44,128 nucleotides of DNA from UHGV virus genome UHGV-0019911; one strand, written 5' to 3'. This document shows, piece after piece, positions 37,452-44,128 of this stretch (its first letter is position 1; every line of letters begins with the position of its first letter). The stretch comes from a virus. The position numbers and the translations under genes were made by a program. Below the pieces are notes generated by a model. It saw nothing but the letters and a program-made list of their open reading frames with translations, did no database searches and was not told the DNA's origin.

Positions 37452-38091
37452 AATTGGCAAAGGTAATAAGGGTTGGCAAAAATCTGAAAAGAAGCCTAAG
37501 GAACGAATGAAAGATAAACAGTGTATAATTGGTGTTGATCAAAGTTATACACGAACTGGAGTATCAATTGCGATAAAGGGTGAATTAGTAAAAGTAACAA
37601 GTATAAATCTTACAAAGATAAAAACAAAGACAATGAAAAGAAGAGCTGCTACAGATTTTGTAGAGAAAGCAGTAAAGGCTTGCTTAAGAAAATATGAACC
37701 TGATAATATAGCAATTATTTGTGAAAGAGTAAGAACTTTTACAAGCGGAGAAGATCTTAGGCCCAATGTTATAAAACCATTTGCAGCAATGACATGTTGT
37801 TTTGTTGATATGGCCTTTGATTATGGAGTTGAAGTTTGGTCAGTAGATACAAGAGCTTGGAAAAATGCTATTCTTGGAACAACAAAGCTAATATTCGAAC
37901 CGATTGAAGGAGTATCAAATATTCAAAAGTTTGGTTCTGTTAGAAGGGTCATCGACCTTGGATTTTATGATTCACTTGTAAGAGAGGGAAGGCATGGGGC
38001 TCATTATACACTTGATGATGATGCAGCTGATTCAGCATGTATAGCTCTTTATGGATTTACAAAGGATAGAAAGCTTCAAAAAGAATTATAA
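37441..38091 (+). CDS. RuvC-like Holliday junction resolvase. Alternative start at 37507
   Basis: IIGVDQSYTRTGVSI, AIICERV, DDDAADSACIAL align with the RuvC catalytic blocks. Confidence 0.75.
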   Translation: MPTKIGKGNKGWQKSEKKPKERMKDKQCIIGVDQSYTRTGVSIAIKGELVKVTSINLTKIKTKTMKRRAATDFVEKAVKACLRKYEPDNIAIICERVRTFTSGEDLRPNVIKPFAAMTCCFVDMAFDYGVEVWSVDTRAWKNAILGTTKLIFEPIEGVSNIQKFGSVRRVIDLGFYDSLVREGRHGAHYTLDDDAADSACIALYGFTKDRKLQKEL

Positions 38092-38109
38092 AAAAAATTG
38101 AAAAAAGTA

Positions 38110-38138
38110 TTTACAAATGAAATGTAATGTGGTATAAT
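38110..38138 (+). promoter_or_regulatory. promoter, -35 TTTACA, 17-nt spacer, TGGTATAAT
   Basis: Motif family. Confidence 0.6.
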
Positions 38139-38187
38139 AATACCATAAACAAAGGAACAATAAAGCTAATACAAGGAGGATATAAAA

Positions 38188-38322
38188 ATGTTCAAATTTG
38201 CTATTCATATTACAGGTCTTCAGGTAACTGGTATTTCTGCATTGGATATTATTGGTAAAGCTGCTATCTTGGATAACAATCCTCATCATTGGAGATTTAC
38301 AAATGAAGCGCTCTGGTAAATT
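38188..38322 (+). CDS. mini-ORF (44 aa) with a strong RBS AAGGAGGA, overlapping the start of the next gene
   Basis: Best SD in the region; overlaps the 38303 start by 20 nt in another frame. Confidence 0.35.
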
Positions 38323-38755
38323 CTACTATCGTAATGAGAAAGAGACATTGACTAAGCTTGGATTCAAACCTGTTCCAATGTCTGGATCAGGTTGGATTGA
38401 TAAGGAAGATGGTGAATCTGATATAGCACTTGTACAGCTTAAAAGTACTGACGCTAATAGCTATACATTGAAAATGCAAGATATGAAAGAACTTGAGTAT
38501 CACGCAGATGTATCTCATAAACTTCCAATATTTCTTGTACAATTTCTAAAGCAAGATAAAATCTATGCTATTGTTGATGTTAATAATATCAATGATTTAT
38601 CTGACGCAATTAAATTAGGCGAAGTTAAAGAGCATATACAAATTCCTTTACAAGATGAAGTAGAAAATGTAGGTAGAAGAATGATAAAATCAAGTTCGAA
38701 TGCTAGAAAAAGTTTTTTCGATGAAAGGGATAAAAAGTATGGCAAAAGAAAGTGA
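38303..38755 (+). CDS. Hjc-type (archaeal-like) Holliday junction resolvase homologue, PD-(D/E)XK fold, with Gln in place of the E of the EVK motif
   Basis: LTKLGFKPVPMSGSG...ESDIALVQLKS aligns to Hjc GF.vvRSAGS...DlvA...IEVK. Confidence 0.4.
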   Translation: MKRSGKFYYRNEKETLTKLGFKPVPMSGSGWIDKEDGESDIALVQLKSTDANSYTLKMQDMKELEYHADVSHKLPIFLVQFLKQDKIYAIVDVNNINDLSDAIKLGEVKEHIQIPLQDEVENVGRRMIKSSSNARKSFFDERDKKYGKRK

Positions 38756-39089
38756 GTTTAATGCTGTAGGTCTTTATGAAGGACATTCAATTAAAAACAA
38801 TTATAATATTGAATTGAAGTTACTTTTTACTGAACAGCATATAAATGAGGCAATTCAGTTTTTGGCTGGATTCGCAAAATATATGAGAATTATCTGTAAG
38901 AAAAATGAAGAAAAGCTCAATCTCGGTACATGGTCTGTTTATAGACTTTCTGTAGATAAGAATCTTCAAACTAAGATTGTTCTTAGAACAACATACGAAA
39001 ATGTAAACCTTGAGCATCTCAACAAACTTGCTGGAAATATTGATGATGAGATTGGTGAAATCATTTTCAAGGCTAAAATTGTTGATTAA
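38739..39089 (+). CDS. hypothetical protein (116 aa)
   Basis: ORF; start trimmed to the ATG at 38739. Confidence 0.4.
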   Translation: MAKESEFNAVGLYEGHSIKNNYNIELKLLFTEQHINEAIQFLAGFAKYMRIICKKNEEKLNLGTWSVYRLSVDKNLQTKIVLRTTYENVNLEHLNKLAGNIDDEIGEIIFKAKIVD

Positions 39090-39132
39090 GCAGTTTGCTT
39101 AAAAATATTTTATTAAAAAAGGAGTAATTAAA

Positions 39133-39675
39133 ATGGCTAAGAATTGGAAGGTAGCAGAAGCAGTGATCGCAATTAAGAATGGTGACAAGGATGCAATTAT
39201 GGACATTGGTCGTCGTTTCCCTTTGTTTGCAGTGAATGCAGCTAAGTGTGAAGAGGGCGCAATGGGTATCATCAATGCAATTCCTGATTTTATCACTGTC
39301 CGTAAGATTGAAAGTATTCTGAAGTCTGGTGTTAATGAAGATGTTGATGATATCGATTCTGAAGATGATGTCGAGGAAGTAATTGATGAAAAGCATATTA
39401 AGAAGGCAGCAATGAAGCCCAAGAAGGTTGTTGAAGAGCCCGAAGATGAAGACGATGACGATGATGATGAAGAGGAAGTAAAGCCTACCAAGAAGCGTGG
39501 TCGTAAGCCTGCAAAGAAGGTAGATGAAGAGGATGATGAGGACGAGGATGAAGAGGAAGTAAAGCCCGTCAAGAAGTCCAAGAAGGAAAAGCCCGTCAAG
39601 AAGTCCAAGAAGCCTAAGAAGGTTATCGAGGAAGATGATGAAGACGATGACGATGATGATTTTGACTTTGACTAA
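39133..39675 (+). CDS. highly charged low-complexity protein: poly-acidic tracts, EEEVKP[TV]KK repeats, an AT-hook-like KRGRKPAKK, and an SSB-like C-terminal DDDDDDFDFD
   Basis: Read directly from the translation; RBS AAGGAG. Confidence 0.5.
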   Translation: MAKNWKVAEAVIAIKNGDKDAIMDIGRRFPLFAVNAAKCEEGAMGIINAIPDFITVRKIESILKSGVNEDVDDIDSEDDVEEVIDEKHIKKAAMKPKKVVEEPEDEDDDDDDEEEVKPTKKRGRKPAKKVDEEDDEDEDEEEVKPVKKSKKEKPVKKSKKPKKVIEEDDEDDDDDDFDFD

Positions 39676-39691
39676 TATCTAAAATACTTAA

Positions 39692-39736
39692 ATTGCCGGG
39701 GTAATAATAGTAATAAACTAAAGTTACCCCGGCAAT
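39692..39736 (+). terminator. 13-bp perfect inverted repeat ATTGCCGGGGTAA / TTACCCCGGCAAT with a 19-nt loop; candidate terminator or protein-binding site
   Basis: GC-rich palindrome in an AT-rich spacer. Confidence 0.4.
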
Positions 39737-39751
39737 CGATAGAGGTGGGCA

Positions 39752-40066
39752 ATGGAAATATATCAGATTGAAAACTTAGATTGTAAGAAAAAAGAAAATA
39801 GAATAAAGTTAGTAAAAGCAGTTAACAAAATTATTAAAAACGAAGGAAAGCCATCAATTAAGCTTTTAGAAAAATGCTATAAATCACTTTCAAAAAAGTA
39901 TAAAATGCCTGCAAATATATTTGAAGTATCAAAATACGGAATATCATTAAACATAAATGTATATGGAAAGTTTTCATATTCAACGATGAGATGCAAAACT
40001 TATTATGAAGCACTATGTAAATACATTCTTTTTGTTTATGTGATGCAGAAAAGAGGTAAAAAATGA
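39752..40066 (+). CDS. hypothetical protein (104 aa)
   Basis: ORF. Confidence 0.4.
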   Translation: MEIYQIENLDCKKKENRIKLVKAVNKIIKNEGKPSIKLLEKCYKSLSKKYKMPANIFEVSKYGISLNINVYGKFSYSTMRCKTYYEALCKYILFVYVMQKRGKK

Positions 40067-40554
40067 ATGCACTAATTTATACAGATGGAGCTTGTTCTGG
40101 AAATCCTGGACCAGGTGGTTGGGCATATACAGTAAAGATCCTTAATAATAAATTTAATTCGTCAGGATGTAAAAAGAAAACCACTAATAATGCAATGGAA
40201 CTTACAGCTATTACTAAAGCTATTGAATATATTGTTGTTTATTCTGAAAGATGGGGAAATCCTATTGAAAATGTAACTTTAAGATCTGATTCTGCATATT
40301 GCTTAAATGCAATAAATAATAAGTGGTATAAATCTTGGAAAGCAAACAATTGGAAAACTAAAGACAACAAGGATGTAAAGAATAAAGAGCTTTGGGAAAA
40401 GCTTGATGAATTACTTGATATTTGTAAAGAAGAAAATATAAATATTATATTTGAGAAAGTTAAAGGTCACAATGGTGATCTCGAAAATGAATATGTTGAT
40501 GAACTTGCTAAATCTGCTATCTTAAGACTTGAAAGTTTTAACTTTACCAAGTAA
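40063..40554 (+). CDS. rnhA: ribonuclease HI
   Basis: IYTDGACSGNPGPGGWAY and downstream acidic catalytic residues are canonical RNase H1. Confidence 0.85.
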   Translation: MNALIYTDGACSGNPGPGGWAYTVKILNNKFNSSGCKKKTTNNAMELTAITKAIEYIVVYSERWGNPIENVTLRSDSAYCLNAINNKWYKSWKANNWKTKDNKDVKNKELWEKLDELLDICKEENINIIFEKVKGHNGDLENEYVDELAKSAILRLESFNFTK

Positions 40555-40567
40555 AGGATGATCTGAA

Positions 40568-40924
40568 ATGTTGTATTCAGTAAAAATAAAAAGCCTGAAG
40601 TTTACAGGTGAATCTAAACAGGAAGCCTATTTGAAAGGCTGTAAAAAATTGGCTAAATTTATTGTTAATCCCGAAAATGTTACTGTTAAAATAGATAACG
40701 ATCCTGAAGATAAGAACGTGGTAATATTTACACTATTTGCTTCTATTGCTCTAAATTCAGAGATCAGTAACTATTGTAAAATGTGTAAAGAATTTCATTG
40801 TTCTTTTTATGTTAATGAAGAATATAATTGCAATACATGTAACTTAAAGAATTGTATGAATCGTACAAAACAGAAAGCAGGTATAACTAAATTGTATTAT
40901 AAACATAAGTTTGCAAAGGAGTAA
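40568..40924 (+). CDS. hypothetical Cys-rich protein (118 aa)
   Basis: ORF; C-terminal CxxC...CxxC...C. Confidence 0.4.
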   Translation: MLYSVKIKSLKFTGESKQEAYLKGCKKLAKFIVNPENVTVKIDNDPEDKNVVIFTLFASIALNSEISNYCKMCKEFHCSFYVNEEYNCNTCNLKNCMNRTKQKAGITKLYYKHKFAKE

Positions 40925-40929
40925 TTCTC

Positions 40930-41583
40930 GTGGGACGTAAAGCAATAAACTACGATGCTTATACCACGGAAGAGTTGCTTGAAATGTCCCATGAGGAAGC
41001 CGTTGATGGCTTATCCGATAAGCAAATAAGATTCTGTGAATACTACGTTCAAAACTACAATATCGGTATTTCTTTAATAAAAGCGGGATATGAAAGTGCT
41101 ACTTCCGGTGCATCATATAGAATTAGGCAAAAGCCTGGATGCAGAAGATATATTCAGTGGTTAAAAGCAAGAATGTTAAGTGAAACATTGGTATCGGGCA
41201 AAGATATTATAAACCAATGGGTCAAGATAGCTTTTGCTGATATGACTGATTTTGTTAATGTTAATAGATACGGTATAACATTAAAACCTGTAAGAGAAAT
41301 GGACGGACAATTGGTTAAGTCCATTAAATCAGGGAGAGATGGAATCAGTATCGAGTTGTATGATAAACTTAAGGCTCTTGACAGTCTTGCAAAGTATACA
41401 GCTGATATGCCGAAGGATTATAAACAAATTCTTGAAGAGCGTAAGCAAGAAATCATTGAACAGGAATTCGAACTCAAAAAAGCCATTTATGATATGGATA
41501 ATAAAAATGATGATGACGATGGATTCATTGAAGCTTTGAAAGAATCTGCAGAGGCTGTATGGGAAAGCAATTCAGAAGTCTAA
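40930..41583 (+). CDS. terminase small subunit (Terminase_2/XtmA-like). GTG start
   Basis: LSDKQIRFCEYYV....AGYES motif; RBS AAGGAG. Confidence 0.65.
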   Translation: MGRKAINYDAYTTEELLEMSHEEAVDGLSDKQIRFCEYYVQNYNIGISLIKAGYESATSGASYRIRQKPGCRRYIQWLKARMLSETLVSGKDIINQWVKIAFADMTDFVNVNRYGITLKPVREMDGQLVKSIKSGRDGISIELYDKLKALDSLAKYTADMPKDYKQILEERKQEIIEQEFELKKAIYDMDNKNDDDDGFIEALKESAEAVWESNSEV

Positions 41584-41592
41584 AAATAACTG

Positions 41593-41621
41593 TTTACATT
41601 TTGTGTGTTATATGATATAAT
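41593..41621 (+). promoter_or_regulatory. promoter, -35 TTTACA, 17-nt spacer, TGATATAAT
   Basis: Motif family. Confidence 0.55.
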
Positions 41622-41654
41622 AATATCATAAATTATGAAAGGTTGGTACAAATT

Positions 41655-42209
41655 ATGAAAACTGCCAAAACAATGAAAGAAGTATACATGGATGCAAGAG
41701 TATCTTTGCTTAAAACAAATGCAGAAATTGCAAGAAGATATGGAGTAAAAGAGGCCACTGTTAGAAAAGCTATTGGTAGTGATAAAAAGTTTTTCAAAGA
41801 ATTATATGAGGAGGAAAACAATAAAATGGCAGAAAATAAAGAATTTGCTTTTACTGATGAAAATGATGAAGTGATTGAAAACAAAGAAGTTAATAATCAT
41901 GGCAACGATGATGGTACTATTTTTTGTGATTGCGTAAGTTGTGGTAATCGTTACGCAATCCAATTAACTGAACAGGACTTCTTCAATAAACTCGGATATC
42001 CTCTTCCCAAGAGATGTCATGAATGTAGAAAGAGCAGAAGCAATTTCAAGGAATTTACTTGCGAAGATTGTGGTACGACTTTTACAATGAGTGAGAATGA
42101 AATCAATTTCTACAACAGAAATAATTTGTTCTTGCCAAAGAGATGTGCTACTTGTAGAAAGAAGCGTAAAGATCATTTAGAAGAACTGAAAAAGAAATAT
42201 TCTAAATAA
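41655..42209 (+). CDS. HTH DNA-binding protein with two C-terminal zinc ribbons (candidate late regulator). Alternative TTG start at 41643
   Basis: TNAEIARRYGVKEATVRKAI helix-turn-helix; CDCVSCG...CHECRK and CEDCG...CATCRK. Confidence 0.45.
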   Translation: MKTAKTMKEVYMDARVSLLKTNAEIARRYGVKEATVRKAIGSDKKFFKELYEEENNKMAENKEFAFTDENDEVIENKEVNNHGNDDGTIFCDCVSCGNRYAIQLTEQDFFNKLGYPLPKRCHECRKSRSNFKEFTCEDCGTTFTMSENEINFYNRNNLFLPKRCATCRKKRKDHLEELKKKYSK

Positions 42210-42215
42210 GGGAAG

Positions 42216-42232
42216 GCCGGGGTACTCCCGGC
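42216..42232 (+). terminator. GC hairpin GCCGGG-GTACT-CCCGGC
   Basis: 6-bp GC stem just after the stop of the 41655 gene; no T-tract. Confidence 0.35.
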
Positions 42233-42337
42233 TAAGCCCATATATGAAGGAAGTGATAAGATGTATGATATTGATGAAATGATTTTTAACGATCCTATTG
42301 ATCGCAAAGAACATAGTACAAAGTAAGAAGGGAAACT

Positions 42338-42532
42338 ATGATTGTCATAAAATGGTGGAAAATAAATCTACAAATAGAAGAACAAAAAATAATATTATAT
42401 GTACAAACAACAAATAAAGTTGAAGCATTAAAGGAAGCCATAAAACAATGCACTGAATTCATTTCAGAAGAAATATCCTTTGTTAAAATATTAAATTGTG
42501 AAGAGCATTATGCAAAGGATGATATATACTAA
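42338..42532 (+). CDS. hypothetical small protein (64 aa)
   Basis: ORF. Confidence 0.35.
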   Translation: MIVIKWWKINLQIEEQKIILYVQTTNKVEALKEAIKQCTEFISEEISFVKILNCEEHYAKDDIY

Positions 42533-42563
42533 GCAAAATATAAGGTGATAGAGGTAAAGTAAT

Positions 42564-42791
42564 ATGAGATATAAATATTTAGTTGTTATTTATTATAAAG
42601 TAAAGGGCGATGGAATTAGTTCTTATATTGAATTCTTTGAAAGCTTTGAAGATGATGCTGATTATGCTTTGAGAGAATATATTGAATGTATAAATAGGTT
42701 AGGTTTTGCAATTATAAAAGAAAAAGACAAAACAGGATATAAAGCAATAAATAAAAGTGCTATAGTTGAGATAACAATCAGTTCTTGTTAA
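42564..42791 (+). CDS. hypothetical small protein (75 aa)
   Basis: ORF with RBS GGTGATAGAGG. Confidence 0.4.
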   Translation: MRYKYLVVIYYKVKGDGISSYIEFFESFEDDADYALREYIECINRLGFAIIKEKDKTGYKAINKSAIVEITISSC

Positions 42792-42888
42792 GCGAAAAGC
42801 TAATACCAATAAAAGCCACAAAAGTATAAGTATTTATCCTGTTAAGTAGTATAAATAAAATGGTAAAAAGTGAGGTGAGAATTTGAGT

Positions 42889-44128
42889 ATGAAATATAAA
42901 CCATTTAGTAAGAAGCAATTACAGTTGCTTACTTGGTGGTTACCTGAAAGTCCTTATAATGATTATAATGGAGTTATTGCAGAAGGTGCAGTAAGAGCGG
43001 GAAAAACAGTTGTTATGGGACTAAGCTTTATCTTATGGAGTATGCAAAAAGATAATTATATAAATTATGCTATATGTGGAAAAACTGTTTCAAGTACTCG
43101 AAGAAATATAATTGAACCTCTTATGGATATGTTAAGACAAAGAAAATATAAAGTTATAGATAGAAGAACAGAAGGAAAGATTTTAATAAATAAGAATGGA
43201 GTTACCAATACATATTATGTGTTTGGTGGTAAAGATGAAAGAAGTGCTTCACTAATTCAAGGTATTACATTAGGTGGAATACTGTTAGATGAAGTAGCTT
43301 TAATGCCAAGAAGTTTTGTTGAACAAGCTATGGCACGTTGTTCTATAGATGGAAGTAAGTATTGGTTTAACTGCAACCCAGAAGGACCGCAACATTGGTT
43401 TTATTTAGAACATGTCCTAAAATGTAAAGAGCGTAAATACTTGCGCCTTCATTTTTGTTTAGAAGATAATCCTTCATTAAGTAAAGAAATAATAAATAGA
43501 TATAAGTCAATGTATACAGGCATATTCTACAAAAGGTTTATTCAGGGTATATGGGCTTTTGCAGATGGTATAGTCTATGATATGGTAACAGATGAGAATT
43601 ATTATAATAATAATACAAAAAATAAAGTAGTTCCTATCAAGATATTAGAGGGAGATATCAGTCCCATTTATGGAGTAGACTTTGGTACTGCTAATCCCCA
43701 GGTCTATCTGGAAGTGTTTTCCTACAGAGATTTAGAGAAAAAGGAAACTCACTTCTACGTAGAAAGGGAATGGGTTTGGAATAGTAGGAAGCAGTTAAGG
43801 CAGAGAACTCCTGAAGAATATGTAAATGAGTTTGATAAGTGGAAGAAAGAAGAATATAGGTTCTTATGTATAGATCCAAGTGCTACTCCATTAAAGGCAG
43901 CTCATATGAAGGCAGGCCATAAGTTTATGAATGCTAAGAATGATGTGATGGAGGGCATAGCTTGTTTGAGTGTTTTATTTGCTCAAAATAGAATCCATAT
44001 CAATGAAGATAATTGTCCTACTCTTTGTTCAGAGTTAGGTTTATATAAATGGAATGAAAGAAAAGTAGATGCAGGAAAAGATGAAGTGTTAAAGGAAAAT
44101 GACCATTGTTGTGATGCTTTAAGATATA
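42889..44128 (+). CDS. terminase large subunit (PBSX XtmB-like), 3'-truncated by the window edge; continues in frame into positions 1-44
   Basis: Walker A GAVRAGKT, Walker B ILLDE, WFNCNP nuclease-domain motifs. No stop codon before the window end. Joining the window end to its start gives ...DALRYTIMTTTPIFDILGR and a stop at 42-44. Confidence 0.85.
   Translation, partial: MKYKPFSKKQLQLLTWWLPESPYNDYNGVIAEGAVRAGKTVVMGLSFILWSMQKDNYINYAICGKTVSSTRRNIIEPLMDMLRQRKYKVIDRRTEGKILINKNGVTNTYYVFGGKDERSASLIQGITLGGILLDEVALMPRSFVEQAMARCSIDGSKYWFNCNPEGPQHWFYLEHVLKCKERKYLRLHFCLEDNPSLSKEIINRYKSMYTGIFYKRFIQGIWAFADGIVYDMVTDENYYNNNTKNKVVPIKILEGDISPIYGVDFGTANPQVYLEVFSYRDLEKKETHFYVEREWVWNSRKQLRQRTPEEYVNEFDKWKKEEYRFLCIDPSATPLKAAHMKAGHKFMNAKNDVMEGIACLSVLFAQNRIHINEDNCPTLCSELGLYKWNERKVDAGKDEVLKENDHCCDALRY

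Noticed and set aside
39086-39102. AT-rich palindrome TTAAGCA-GTT-TGCTTAA after the 38739 gene, as a terminator
   Set aside because: The 7-bp AT-rich stem is marginally stable. It sits inside an operon that continues with a strong RBS, so it was only noted.
39099-39608. 169-aa - strand ORF rich in poly-Ser
   Set aside because: Antisense of the poly-Asp/Glu coding repeats of 39133..39675. An artefact of trinucleotide-like repeats, not a gene.
39360-39670. Repetitive GAT/GAA/GAC tracts that could be mistaken for a repeat array or CRISPR
   Set aside because: They are in-frame coding low complexity (poly-Asp/Glu), with no spacer-repeat periodicity.

Overview
The window reads as a complete, circularly permuted genome (44,128 bp) of a contractile-tailed dsDNA phage from a low-GC host, probably a Clostridia-like Firmicute; GC is roughly 32% by eye. 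The terminase large-subunit ORF runs off the 3' end and closes in frame on the 5' end. Almost every gene is on the + strand. The order is: portal; two phage tRNAs; head morphogenesis; a block of paralogous small genes; protease or scaffold, scaffold, decoration and major capsid; head-tail joining; sheath, tube, a chaperone with a -1 frameshift site, and tape measure; baseplate genes including an M23-peptidase hub, V-like, W-like, J-like and I-like proteins; tail fibre; an alternative tail-fibre C-terminal cassette on the - strand, bounded by perfect 46-bp inverted repeats; a moron-like block containing a GC-rich islet; the lysis cassette (XhlA-like, holin, Amidase_2 endolysin); the replication and recombination module (Gam-like?, DnaG primase, SSB-like, MazG-like, dNMP kinase, an unknown 307-aa protein, a U32-family protein, Pol III alpha, RecA-like, Cas4-like nuclease, RuvC-like, Hjc-like, RNase H); and finally TerS, a regulator-like HTH/Zn-ribbon protein and TerL. 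A strongly conserved promoter, AAAAAGTATTTACAAA-N-TGGTATAAT, occurs at least 8 times. I found no integrase, repressor, CRISPR array or recombinase. The two most interesting candidates are the Mu-G-segment-like invertible tail-fibre switch, which has no cognate invertase in the genome, and a possible nucleotide/DNA-modification cluster (MazG-like, dNMP kinase, unknown 307-aa protein, U32-family putative hydroxylase) directly upstream of the DNA polymerase. All product calls come from motif recognition by eye. No database searches were run.
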